The notes below the pieces were generated by a model. The model was not told where the DNA came from and made no database searches. It saw only the letters and a program-made list of their open reading frames with translations. Shown one piece after another: positions 1 to 9,730 of a DNA stretch of 64,000 nucleotides (positions are counted from its first letter, which is position 1; every line of letters begins with the position of its first letter). The position numbers and the translations under genes are program-made. This DNA is from Candidatus Poribacteria bacterium (GTDB lineage: Bacteria; Poribacteria; WGA-4E; WGA-3G), in the NCBI GenBank assembly GCA_965215265.1, contig OZ244048.1, positions 2,432,001 through 2,496,000 of the forward strand, read 5' to 3'.

Positions 1-1
1 T

Positions 2-1033
2 GTGACGAGTATGCTTTACCGCGACCGGGGTCTCGGGCGCGAATGGACAGGCTACGCCGATTATTTCGGTGAAGAGAATATTGATATGGATGCGTTGGTG
101 TACCTTATGTTAGCCAACGATGTGATTCACGCTGTTAACCCGGATGCTATTTCGATTGCGGAGGAGGTGAGCGGCATGCCTGGGCTGGCATGTCCAACAG
201 AAGAAGGCGGGCTCGGATTTGATTATCGGTTGGCGATGGGGATTCCGGATTATTGGATAAAACTCTTGAAGGAGAAAGCAGATGAGGCGTGGCACCTGGG
301 TGAGATTTACGGTATGTTGCTAAACCGGCGGGTTGGTGAGAAGCACATTGCTTACGTTGAAAGCCACGACCAGGGGCTTGTAGGGGATAAGACGCTTGCG
401 ACGGAATTGATGGATGCGGAGCTCTACACGAAGATGAGCATCTTTTGTGAGAGTCCCATCATTGCACGGGGGGTTGCGTTGCATAAACTGATTCGCCTTC
501 TCACGTTTAGCCTTGGCGGTGAGGGCTATCTTAACTTTATGGGTAATGAATTCGGGCATCCAGAATGGATTGACTTCCCGCGTGTGGGCAACGACTACTC
601 TTACCGGTATGCACGGCGGCAGTGGCACCTTGTGGATAATGAGACGCTCCGCTACCGAGCACTCAACGCTTTTGATGCAGCGATGCAGCAGCTTGATTCA
701 CAATATCACGTTCTGATAAACACAGCGGTTGAATTTTTGTTCATTCACGAAGAGGCAAAACAACTGGTTTATCAACGTGGTGCACTCCTGTTTGTGTACA
801 ACTTCCATCCAACAGCGTCGTACAGGAATTGGCGTGTCCCGGTGCCGAATAAGACAGATTACCGGCTGATACTCAACACAGATGAACCCATATACGGCGG
901 CCGGGGAAACGTTTCGGGCGAGATGTCCTATCCGTGTCAGGCGATTGCGATGCATCCGCATACGCAGTCAATTCAGTTGTATGTCCCTGCGCGAAGCGCG
1001 CAGGTGTTAGCGCCTTCAAGCCTTGAAATCTGA
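2..1033 (+). CDS. glgB: 1,4-alpha-glucan branching enzyme, C-terminal part (5' truncated by the window; GH13_8-like)
   Basis: Motifs IAEEVSGMP, GFDYRLAMGIPDYWIK, YVESHDQ and LNFMGNEFGHPEWIDFPR. Confidence 0.92.
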   Translation: MTSMLYRDRGLGREWTGYADYFGEENIDMDALVYLMLANDVIHAVNPDAISIAEEVSGMPGLACPTEEGGLGFDYRLAMGIPDYWIKLLKEKADEAWHLGEIYGMLLNRRVGEKHIAYVESHDQGLVGDKTLATELMDAELYTKMSIFCESPIIARGVALHKLIRLLTFSLGGEGYLNFMGNEFGHPEWIDFPRVGNDYSYRYARRQWHLVDNETLRYRALNAFDAAMQQLDSQYHVLINTAVEFLFIHEEAKQLVYQRGALLFVYNFHPTASYRNWRVPVPNKTDYRLILNTDEPIYGGRGNVSGEMSYPCQAIAMHPHTQSIQLYVPARSAQVLAPSSLEI

Positions 1034-1867
1034 TTAGAAGGTTCTGTTTTCTATAGAGTATGCGCGGTTTCCACTGGGCCCGCCGCCGATTGCCCAGGTT
1101 CCACGGAACAACGACTGTCGTTTGGGTGGCATCTTCTGAATAGTTTCATGGCTTAAGTTGAGACGGTGCCACTGTGCCCATATTGAGTTGTAGCAGTTAA
1201 AGACGGCACACCGTGGATTTTCAGAATATGTCCAATTATTCGCTGCATGGACTAAGCTTTCGGTGAAAATGACGACGGAGCCTGGCGGGCAGCTATAGTC
1301 ATCCATTGCCTCACGCATCTCTGCTTCCCAGGGCGAGCCGCCGATATTGGGTCGGTACGGATCGGGTCCGCCGTAATTGAAATGTGCTTTATGTGAGCCA
1401 CTGAGAAAAGAGGTGCCGCCTTGTCCGGCCTTGACTTCCTCAAGTTCCCAGACAACACGTGTAAGTCCGGAGAAGATTTTTCCGCCTGCGACCTGATAGC
1501 GCATAGCGTTTGCCTGCTGTGGTGGTCTCACCACATGCGGCATCCCGTTATCCCCGCGTTCGGAGGTGCTCCATCCTGGGTGTCTGACCGTGGTGAATGA
1601 ACCTTCACACCGGAAACTGTAGCAGTCGTCGCTCACAAAAGGTTCTTCAGCTAGAATCTCATTCAGGATTCCGACAATTGCCGGATGATCTAGCAAATTC
1701 TGGAGTGCGCCGTGGTAGCTTTGTCTAGCACCTGCATAGACTTCGGTTTTCATCTCCTCAGTTTCAGTTTCGGAGAGGACCGCTGGTAGCAAGATCCAGC
1801 CGCGGAGGTCGAAGAAAAACTTCTGTTCTGGGTTCATTGGTACTGGTGCTTCATATAATGTTGTCAT
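1034..1867 (-). CDS. Phytanoyl-CoA dioxygenase (PhyH)-family Fe(II)/2OG enzyme
   Basis: EQKFFFDLRGW N-terminus, GGTSFLSGSHK, GSVVIFTESLVH; RBS GGAG upstream. Confidence 0.8.
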   Translation of the reverse strand: MTTLYEAPVPMNPEQKFFFDLRGWILLPAVLSETETEEMKTEVYAGARQSYHGALQNLLDHPAIVGILNEILAEEPFVSDDCYSFRCEGSFTTVRHPGWSTSERGDNGMPHVVRPPQQANAMRYQVAGGKIFSGLTRVVWELEEVKAGQGGTSFLSGSHKAHFNYGGPDPYRPNIGGSPWEAEMREAMDDYSCPPGSVVIFTESLVHAANNWTYSENPRCAVFNCYNSIWAQWHRLNLSHETIQKMPPKRQSLFRGTWAIGGGPSGNRAYSIENRTF

Positions 1868-1896
1868 TATTTTCTCCTTTGAGGGGGAAGGTGATA

Positions 1897-2049
1897 TTTA
1901 GAGTCAATACATCGAACAGCTCAGACGAGATTTATCTATAGATTGGCAGGATAAGGAATTCTTTGTCTGTCCATGAGACAAGAAAACCGAACCTGCCAAC
2001 ACACGAGTTATCATTATATAAACCTTGATGGTACGGAGATATACGAAAA
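1897..2049. repeat. Composite palindromic repeat: right half of family A with a nested family-B cassette
   Basis: CTCAGACGAGATTT at 1920; TTGGCAGG..CCTGCCAA at 1943-1999; terminus ATAAACCTTGATGGTACGGAGATATA is the reverse complement of the left ends at 8093, 8129 and 34896. Confidence 0.8.
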
Positions 2050-2112
2050 TCCTTATCAGAAACCGTTTCTAACTTTAGACAGTTTATAAGACTGCAGCAC
2101 TTTTCAAGGGAA

Positions 2113-3894
2113 CTAATCTGTGGTCAATGCGCGTTGCAAGCCGGGTAAGAAATAGTCCTTAACCACAACCTCCCAGCTCATTCGAGAGGCGATAGCATAG
2201 CCATCTTGGATCATCTCTTCAACATCACGCGGTTTACGTGGTAAACGGCCGAGTAGTTTTGCGGCGATGTCCCTGCTATTCTCTGCTTCGATCTTATTGC
2301 GTTCGACTAACCCGATTTGGAGGATGCGTTCTAACGATTCAGGTTCGGCATCGCCAAGGTTTGTATAGTCAGCGATGACAATATTGGGGATGTCGCGATT
2401 CCCTGTTGCGCGTTGTATGAACCCACAACAGCCACAGATATTACTGACCACACAGATAGCGCCGAAGCTTAGGGGTTCTACTTGTGCGATTCCGAAGGGT
2501 TCATAAATAGATTGCCCAAATTCGGCATCGCTGCCTTTCCTGATGTCCATAAATTCCATCTCTATCGGCATACGCGTTCCACATGTGGCTTGACTCCATC
2601 CAAACTGATTGACAAAGACGACTTTAATAGCGTTGGAATTGAGGTTAAAAGCGGATACGCCGTTGTTTAGTTCAATTTCGGCCCCGACGAGGTCAGGGTA
2701 TCCGATTTTGTGATAGACGGGCCAGCCGTATTCTTTTTCCATGTGATGGATGCTATCGTTCGGGCGTCCGGTTGCGATTTCTGTGGAGAGAATGAATAGG
2801 ACTGCGGTTTTGTCATTGGATGCGAGGAGTGCATCCAGGTGGGTGAGTACCTGTAAATCGCGCCACAACCCCTTACTTTTAACGAGCCGCGTTACGTGTG
2901 TGAAGACATAATCCGGTCGGTAGCCGAGTAGCGTTTGCGCGTACTGTTGGAGGCGCGCTTTGGAGGTGAGCTTCTGCTGTAAATTGAGTTCAAAGGCTGG
3001 GATGCCATTGTAAACGAGATGAATGGGGTACTCCTCAAACGGTTTTGCGAGAAATTGGAGTTCGTCTACGACGAAGTCACCGACTGCAAAGATAGCATCA
3101 CAAAGATGTGCTTTATCAATGAGCGCGTGCTTAAAGGACCAGGACGGTTCATCAAAGACATCGGTAATTGATTTTCCATGCGCCATTGTCTGCTGTAGTA
3201 CATTGTAGAACCGGACATCGTGCCCGGGGTGTCCTTCCACAATTGGGCGGACTGTGGCGACTTCGTGTGCATAAAAAATGGTGCGAAATTTCGCTGCGCC
3301 GTTTTTCCTTTCAATAAGCGTTTTGAGTACGAGCGGCATACCCATAAATTCATGCGAAATGACAAATACGTCCGTATCCTCGCCAGCGTTGTCCGGACCT
3401 GCATCCCCGCCTGCTGCAAGGAGTATCCGCAGCGCTGCGTATGCAGGCTCGGCGAGCCGAATATATTCCTCAAATTCCCATTCACTCTCGTAACGGCTCG
3501 ATTCAATACCAAAATGCTCATAGAGTTGCCATTTGAAATCGGCGGTGAGCTGTTCATTGCTATTTGAGACATTGACGAGAAGGACCTCGGTGACTGTCGT
3601 GATATTTTGGTTTTTATCTTTGAAACGCCGCTGTCCGTAGACGATTTCAACGTGATAGGTTTGCTCAATCTGGCTGAGAGCCGCCGCATGAGGTGTGTTT
3701 TGTATACCCTTGGAGGCTTGATACAGCACGGGTTCTAATTCGCCTAAATCGGCACCGTCGAATAGCGGGCCGACCAGGAAGGTGCGCTTAATCGCTTGAT
3801 TATAGCTGCGGGTAGTGAGCAACCCATCTAAAACGGCACCGATTCCGCCCACTTTTTGGATAGCTTCGTGCGTAACATGTACAACAATACTCAA
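2113..3894 (-). CDS. GT-B glycosyltransferase, GT3-like glycogen synthase
   Basis: HEAIQKVGGIG (KVGG motif) and SIYEPFGIAQVE (E-X7-E); located in a glycogen cluster; TTG start with RBS GAGGTGG. Confidence 0.7.
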   Translation of the reverse strand: MSIVVHVTHEAIQKVGGIGAVLDGLLTTRSYNQAIKRTFLVGPLFDGADLGELEPVLYQASKGIQNTPHAAALSQIEQTYHVEIVYGQRRFKDKNQNITTVTEVLLVNVSNSNEQLTADFKWQLYEHFGIESSRYESEWEFEEYIRLAEPAYAALRILLAAGGDAGPDNAGEDTDVFVISHEFMGMPLVLKTLIERKNGAAKFRTIFYAHEVATVRPIVEGHPGHDVRFYNVLQQTMAHGKSITDVFDEPSWSFKHALIDKAHLCDAIFAVGDFVVDELQFLAKPFEEYPIHLVYNGIPAFELNLQQKLTSKARLQQYAQTLLGYRPDYVFTHVTRLVKSKGLWRDLQVLTHLDALLASNDKTAVLFILSTEIATGRPNDSIHHMEKEYGWPVYHKIGYPDLVGAEIELNNGVSAFNLNSNAIKVVFVNQFGWSQATCGTRMPIEMEFMDIRKGSDAEFGQSIYEPFGIAQVEPLSFGAICVVSNICGCCGFIQRATGNRDIPNIVIADYTNLGDAEPESLERILQIGLVERNKIEAENSRDIAAKLLGRLPRKPRDVEEMIQDGYAIASRMSWEVVVKDYFLPGLQRALTTD

Positions 3895-3971
3895 TTTCCA
3901 CCTCGCTTGAATTTAATGTGATGGCCATGAACCCTAAGACATGGATGTCTGGCTCTTCCTATTTTATTAAA

Positions 3972-4000
3972 AAATTAGCATGTGAAAAGGAAAATGTCAA
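3972..4000 (-). promoter_or_regulatory. Putative sigma70 promoter for the GT3-like gene
   Basis: TTGACA-N17-TAATTT with an extended TG on the minus strand. Confidence 0.5.
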
Positions 4001-4167
4001 GGTATTTTTGGCAAAACCGTTTGTGCTTCCGACATACCGTAGGGTTCATTTCCTCTTTACGCTCAATTTTGAGTGAGTTGAAAATTCTTCGCCTCAGATG
4101 CTAGGTGTTAGGAGGTATTAAGTGTGGTATAGATGCGAACGAAAAATTTGGTGAGATTCAGTTTGGC

Positions 4168-4196
4168 TTGACAACAGCCCAAAAAGCAACTATAAT
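4168..4196 (+). promoter_or_regulatory. Consensus sigma70 promoter for the wHTH-glgP unit
   Basis: Perfect TTGACA-N17-TATAAT. Confidence 0.8.
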
Positions 4197-4439
4197 ATAT
4201 ACGGACTGATGTGGAGGTTTTTGAATTCGCCACAATTTGCATGAAACATCCACGTTCGAGCAATCTGGAGTCTATTAAGAGATTAGATTTAACGATGAAC
4301 ACGCTCTGGGCCTCGAGTTATAGTAAAGTTCGCAAGTTGATAAAAAGTATCGACTGTGAATTTAGCGTAACTGGAATTGGGGTTAGATGGGAGCTATTCC
4401 TGATACAAACAGACAAAATTACAAAGTGCGGAGTTAGCT

Positions 4440-4658
4440 ATGCAAGATAATATTGGAAAAGTCGCTGGGGCAATCTGGCATTATTTATCGATAAACGGCG
4501 AGGCGACGCTGACCAAATTAAGACGCGATATTGATGGTACGGAGTCGCAAGTTATGATGGGTATAGGTTGGTTGGCGCGTGAAGGGAAGTTGAATTTCAA
4601 GAAACGGAGACGTGCTACCTACATTATGCTGAGAAAATCGGAACAAGAGGGTCGATAA
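4440..4658 (+). CDS. Small winged-helix protein (DUF2582-like)
   Basis: IGKVAGAIWHYL...MGIGWLAREGKL; RBS GGAG. Confidence 0.8.
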   Translation: MQDNIGKVAGAIWHYLSINGEATLTKLRRDIDGTESQVMMGIGWLAREGKLNFKKRRRATYIMLRKSEQEGR

Positions 4659-4681
4659 GGCCAGAAAGGAAAATGGAGTAA

Positions 4682-7366
4682 ATGAAGCCACTTCGCCACT
4701 TGACTGTGGAACCGACACTGCCGCAGAACCTTGAGCTCCTGCGTGAGCTTGCCCTGAATCTGTGGTGGACTTGGGACCGTGAGGCGTTAACGCTCTTCCG
4801 TCACCTGGACGCGGAGCTGTGGGAAAAAACGTACCACAATCCGGTCGCCATGCTGGGTCAGATTTCGCAAAAACAGTTAGAAGCTGCCTCTGAAAACGAT
4901 GCGTTCCTTGCCCGTCTTGAAGTTATCCACAAAAAGTTTAAAGCATATCTCACAGCCCCTTCGTGGTTCGAAACCCATTTCAGCAAAGCGGGCATCTCAA
5001 TTGACGAAAGGCAGGGGGGTGAGGTTCCTGATATAAAAATCGCCTACTTTTCGATGGAATATGGTTTGACAGAGTGCATGCGTCTCTATTCTGGGGGTTT
5101 GGGTGTGCTTGCCGGAGATCATCTGAAATCAACAAGTTATCTGGGGCTTCCTTTCGTTTCGGTTGGCTTGCTGTATCAGCACGGCTACTTTCAGCAACGT
5201 CTTTCAGCGGATGGTTGGCAGCTGGCGGCCTACCCAAAGAATGACTTCTATAACATGCCAATTCAACCTGCATTTTCGGAAGACGGTTCTCCGCTTTTGG
5301 TCGAGATTGATTATCCGGAAGGGAAAGCGTTTGCCAAGGTTTGGCATGCGCAGGTTGGGCGCGTTCCGTTATACTTGCTGGATACTAATATCTCCGAGAA
5401 CAGAAATGATGATTTGCGGAACATAACGGATTATCTGTATGGTGGTGATGAACAGATGCGCATCAAACAGGAAATTCTATTAGGCATTGGTGGCTATCGT
5501 GCGTTAGCCGGATTAGGAATTCGCCCGACTGTTTGTCACATGAATGAGGGCCATGCGGCGTTTCTCGCGATAGAACGGATGCGGCAATTGATGGCAGAGA
5601 CGGGTATCCGCTTTGAAGAGGCGTTGGAAGTAACGAAAGCCGGGAATATCTTCACAACCCATACCCCGGTTGCTGCGGGTATTGATTGGTTTCCGCCGGA
5701 TATGGTAAATTACTATTTGGGTGGCTATTATGGGGCGCTAGGTGTTTCGGAGACGACGTTTCTCGGCTTAGGCAGGGCGAATCCGGCTGATACCACGAGT
5801 GAATTTAGTCCTGCGCTGCTTGCGCTGCGGTTGTCCTCAATGTGCAACGGTGTCAGTCAACGCCATGCGTGCGTTGCACGCGATATGTGGAAGGGGCTGT
5901 GGCCGGGACTTCCTGCTCACGAGGTCCCGATTGCCGCGATTACGAATGGAATTCACACCCGTTCTTGGGTGTCAGAAGATATGCAGGGGCTTTTTGACCG
6001 GTACCTCGGTCCTCAGTGGATTGTGGATTTGACAAACCAAGAGGTATGGACGCAGATAGAGCAGATACCGGATACGGAGCTCTGGCGGACGCACGAACGG
6101 CGCCGGGAACGTCTGATTGCGTTTGCACGGCAGCGCCAGGCTCAGAAACGGCGGGCAGGGGCGAGTGGTGCCTCAAATTCCAGTCAAAATCATTACAGTG
6201 CCAAAGCCCAAACACTTGACTCGGCAGCGTTGACGATTGGGTTCGCGCGCCGGTTTGCGACTTATAAGCGTGCGACTTTATTGTTCCAAGATGTGGAACG
6301 GCTAGACAAGATTCTCAACAACCCGGAGAGGCCGGTGCAACTGATTTTCGCGGGGAAGGCGCATCCACATGACTATGAAGGGAAATTGCTGATACAACGT
6401 ATCTGCCGCATCGCGGCTGAACCGAGGTTCCATCATAAAATTGTGTTCATTGAAAACTACGATATCTGTGTCGGCCGTTATCTCGTTGAAGGCGTTGATG
6501 TCTGGCTCAACAATCCGTTACCGCCGAATGAAGCGAGTGGTACAAGCGGCATGAAAGCCGCCGCGAATGGGGTTCTTAACCTGAGCATCGCCGATGGCTG
6601 GTGGGCAGAAGCCGCTGAATTAGGCGGCGGTTGGACAATTGAGACAAGCCCTGTACCTGACGATGCGACATCGGTGGATAAAGCGCATGCCACGGCTATA
6701 TATGAGCTGCTTGAGAATGAGATTGTTCCGCTATTTTATCAACGGCATCGTGTTGACGATATTCCGTACGAGTGGGTGGTGCGTATGAAGCATGCCATGC
6801 AGAATCTGGCGCCGGTTTTCAATACAAAACGGATGGTTTCGGAATATGCAGAACAGCTCTATTTTCCGGCGCATCGGCACTGGCAGCACCTCAATCAAGA
6901 GGGTGCAAAGCGCGGCATTGCATTGGCACATTGGAAATCTCACATCCGGAACCATTGGGATAGTGTCCGGATTGAGGAAATTGAGACTGCATCAGAGGCA
7001 CGGTGCAGCGAGAAAGGCATGGATGCATCCAGCGAAGCACGCGAAGATAGCCCTGCGCATTCAGCTAGGACGGCACTCGGCGTTCTAGAATCGATAAAGG
7101 TGCAGGCAGTTGTCTACGCGGAGGCACTGTTTCCGCATGAACTGGCTGCCCAAATTTATTACGGTGTATTAGACGCGGCGGGTGAGATTCACAACGGCAA
7201 ATCTACGCCGATGCGTTACCAGGGTGAGCTCGGCGGCGGTGCCTATCTTTTTGAAGGGACGCTCGGTTTTCAAGAGACCGGACTGCATGGCTATACGCTG
7301 CGTGTCTTCCCGTACCATGAAGACTTGCAATCTCTCTCTGAACTTGGGCTTGTCACATGGGCATAG
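4682..7366 (+). CDS. glgP: Alpha-glucan (glycogen) phosphorylase
   Basis: AYFSMEYG, YSGGLGVLAGD, GFARRFATYKR and the PLP-lysine motif EASGTSGMK. Confidence 0.95.
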   Translation: MKPLRHLTVEPTLPQNLELLRELALNLWWTWDREALTLFRHLDAELWEKTYHNPVAMLGQISQKQLEAASENDAFLARLEVIHKKFKAYLTAPSWFETHFSKAGISIDERQGGEVPDIKIAYFSMEYGLTECMRLYSGGLGVLAGDHLKSTSYLGLPFVSVGLLYQHGYFQQRLSADGWQLAAYPKNDFYNMPIQPAFSEDGSPLLVEIDYPEGKAFAKVWHAQVGRVPLYLLDTNISENRNDDLRNITDYLYGGDEQMRIKQEILLGIGGYRALAGLGIRPTVCHMNEGHAAFLAIERMRQLMAETGIRFEEALEVTKAGNIFTTHTPVAAGIDWFPPDMVNYYLGGYYGALGVSETTFLGLGRANPADTTSEFSPALLALRLSSMCNGVSQRHACVARDMWKGLWPGLPAHEVPIAAITNGIHTRSWVSEDMQGLFDRYLGPQWIVDLTNQEVWTQIEQIPDTELWRTHERRRERLIAFARQRQAQKRRAGASGASNSSQNHYSAKAQTLDSAALTIGFARRFATYKRATLLFQDVERLDKILNNPERPVQLIFAGKAHPHDYEGKLLIQRICRIAAEPRFHHKIVFIENYDICVGRYLVEGVDVWLNNPLPPNEASGTSGMKAAANGVLNLSIADGWWAEAAELGGGWTIETSPVPDDATSVDKAHATAIYELLENEIVPLFYQRHRVDDIPYEWVVRMKHAMQNLAPVFNTKRMVSEYAEQLYFPAHRHWQHLNQEGAKRGIALAHWKSHIRNHWDSVRIEEIETASEARCSEKGMDASSEAREDSPAHSARTALGVLESIKVQAVVYAEALFPHELAAQIYYGVLDAAGEIHNGKSTPMRYQGELGGGAYLFEGTLGFQETGLHGYTLRVFPYHEDLQSLSELGLVTWA

Positions 7367-7441
7367 GTTGGCGGGCTGTATGCGGACGAGGCGCGCTTAG
7401 CGTCTATCCAGCGGATAGAAAATTTACGCCAACCTTTTTTT
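7365..7441 (+). terminator. Hairpin plus T-tract after glgP, resembling a family-B cassette
   Basis: AGGTTGGCG...CGCCAACCT-TTTTTT with an internal TCTATCC/GGATAGA stem. Confidence 0.5.
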
Positions 7442-7476
7442 AAGGTTTCTTAACGCTTCAGCATTTGGAAAAATAG

Positions 7477-8085
7477 ATGAGAGTTAACTATACAGAAAAC
7501 CCCCGGCAAGCGGATATTCTGCGAGAGACGGCGGAGACGAAGATTCGCCTTCGCCTCAATCTTGATGGAATAGGAAATTCTGATATAAAAACAGGCGTAG
7601 GATTCCTCGATCACATGTTGGACCTCTTTGCGAAACACGGTTTTTTCGACCTGGAAGTCGAAGCGAGTGGGGATTTGCACGTGGATGCCCACCACACGAC
7701 GGAGGATGTTGGTATTTGTCTGGGCATGGCACTCAATAAAGCCGTCGGCGATAAAGCGGGCATGCGGCGGTTCGGCAGCTTCACGGTTCCGATGTACGAA
7801 TCTCTCGCCCGCGTCGACTTGGATGTTTGTGGGCGCCCTTACCTTCACTATAAGACACCTCTAAGCCAGGGAAAAGTAGGGGATTTTGATATTGAGTTAG
7901 CAGAAGAATTTTTTCATGGATTTGTCAACCATAGCGGGACGACGTTACATGTGAACGTTGCCTACGGGACAAATCAGCATCACGTCATAGAAGCGATTTT
8001 TAAAGCGGTTGCGAAGGCCTTAGATGCTGCTACCGCCCGCGATGAACGTATTAGCGGTATTCTGTCGACCAAAGGGCACCTTTAA
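7477..8085 (+). CDS. hisB: Imidazoleglycerol-phosphate dehydratase
   Basis: RETAETKI, TGVGFLDHML, DAHHTTED, NQHHVIEAIFKA, STKGHL. Confidence 0.95.
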   Translation: MRVNYTENPRQADILRETAETKIRLRLNLDGIGNSDIKTGVGFLDHMLDLFAKHGFFDLEVEASGDLHVDAHHTTEDVGICLGMALNKAVGDKAGMRRFGSFTVPMYESLARVDLDVCGRPYLHYKTPLSQGKVGDFDIELAEEFFHGFVNHSGTTLHVNVAYGTNQHHVIEAIFKAVAKALDAATARDERISGILSTKGHL

Positions 8086-8087
8086 CC

Positions 8088-8325
8088 TTTTGTATATCTC
8101 CGTAGCATCAACGTTTATGCTTTTTTCGTATATCTCCGTCCCGTCAATGTTTATGGCGTGAATACTCGTGTGTAAATCTCGTCGGAGATTCCTTAGGTAT
8201 AATCTTTAAAAATCAAAGCACCAGACGGCTCAGACGAGATTTTCACAGATTTTAACAAAACATAGAGCGTCATGGGGCTCCTGTAGACGAAAAACCTTTC
8301 ATCTATGTGCGTGTTCACGAGTTTT
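8088..8325. repeat. Family A MITE-like element with a duplicated left terminus
   Basis: TATATCTCCGT...TCAA.GTTTATG at 8093 and 8129; internal inverted repeat AAATCTCGTCGGAG (8174) / CTCAGACGAGATTT (8229); GGGCTCCTGTAGACGAAA. Confidence 0.8.
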
Positions 8326-8373
8326 TAATCACAATATCTTTCATTGGATGATAGAGAAAAATAGGGGGATTTC

Positions 8374-9666
8374 ATGAGTACCCAGAACGTTATTGCAGTT
8401 ATCTTGGGTGGTGGGCGCGGGACTCGTCTGTTTCCACTAACCCGCGACCGGGCGAAACCGAGTGTCCCGATTGCAGGCAAATTTAGGCTCGTTGACATCC
8501 CGATCAGCAACTGTTTCCACTCCGGATTGGAGCGAATCTATGTGTTAACGCAGTTCAATTCTGTCTCGTTAAATCGACATATTGCGCAGACGTACCGTTT
8601 TGATACCTATCGGCGCGGTTTCGTCCAGATTTTGGCTGCGCAACAAACGTTGATGGGTGAGGAATGGTATCAGGGGACGGCAGACGCTGTGAAGCACAAT
8701 CAACCGTATATTCTCAATCCGCGTTTCTCAGACGATTACGTCCTGATTCTTGCCGGGGATCATCTCTATCGGATGGATTACCGTAAAATGCTACAAGTGC
8801 ATACCGAAACGAAGGCAGACATCACTGTTTCGGTGATTCCAGTCCGTGAAGAGGCAACGATGGGCCTGGGCATTCTTCAGGCAGATGCGGATGGCCGTAT
8901 TGTAGATTTCGTCGAAAAACCGGAAACAGCAGAGGCACTCCATCCGTTACGTGTGGAACCGGATGTATTTACGTCGCACGGCATCCAACCACGTGGCAGG
9001 GAGTACATCGCCTCTATGGGTATCTATATTTTTAACCGGGCGGTCTTGCGGGAAGTTCTCCAAGATGAATCGAATGTGGACTTCGGCAGGGACATTATTC
9101 CAAAATCCATCGGCACACGTCCGGTTTCGGCGTACTTTTTTGATGGATACTGGGCGGATATTGGCACGATTCGTTCGTTCTATTCCGCAAATATCTCGCT
9201 CACAGATGCGACACCTGCCTTTAATTTTTACGATGAACAGGCCCCCATCTATACGAACCGTCGCCATCTGCCTAGTACCAAAGTTAACAGCAGTACCGTC
9301 CGCTCCTCAATTCTCGCAGAGGGCTCAATAATTGACGATTCTGAATTGGATCGAACGATTGTAGGGATTCGGAGCATTATCTCCAAAGGCAGTAGAATTT
9401 ATCAATCGGTATTGATGGGCTCTGACTACTATGAGTTAGATGAGCTGAAGGCAGAGAACGCGAAATTAGGGATTCCGAACGTAGGGATTGGTCGAAATTG
9501 CCTCATTCAGAATGCAATTATTGACAAAAATGCGCGTATCGGTGATAATTCCTTGATAGTCAATAGCGCTGGTATTGATAATTACGATGGCGATAATTAC
9601 TACATTCGGGATGGCATTATCATTGTCCCAAAAGACGCGACAATTCCGCCGGGAATGAAGTGCTAA
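8374..9666 (+). CDS. glgC: Glucose-1-phosphate adenylyltransferase
   Basis: ILGGGRGTRLFPLTRDRAKPSVP, WYQGTADAV, ASMGIY, DFGRDII. Confidence 0.95.
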   Translation: MSTQNVIAVILGGGRGTRLFPLTRDRAKPSVPIAGKFRLVDIPISNCFHSGLERIYVLTQFNSVSLNRHIAQTYRFDTYRRGFVQILAAQQTLMGEEWYQGTADAVKHNQPYILNPRFSDDYVLILAGDHLYRMDYRKMLQVHTETKADITVSVIPVREEATMGLGILQADADGRIVDFVEKPETAEALHPLRVEPDVFTSHGIQPRGREYIASMGIYIFNRAVLREVLQDESNVDFGRDIIPKSIGTRPVSAYFFDGYWADIGTIRSFYSANISLTDATPAFNFYDEQAPIYTNRRHLPSTKVNSSTVRSSILAEGSIIDDSELDRTIVGIRSIISKGSRIYQSVLMGSDYYELDELKAENAKLGIPNVGIGRNCLIQNAIIDKNARIGDNSLIVNSAGIDNYDGDNYYIRDGIIIVPKDATIPPGMKC

Positions 9667-9730
9667 TTGTAGGCATCAGCAACCGTATACTAAAAAGGAA
9701 GTAAAGAAGATTAAAAAAGGAGAAATTCTC

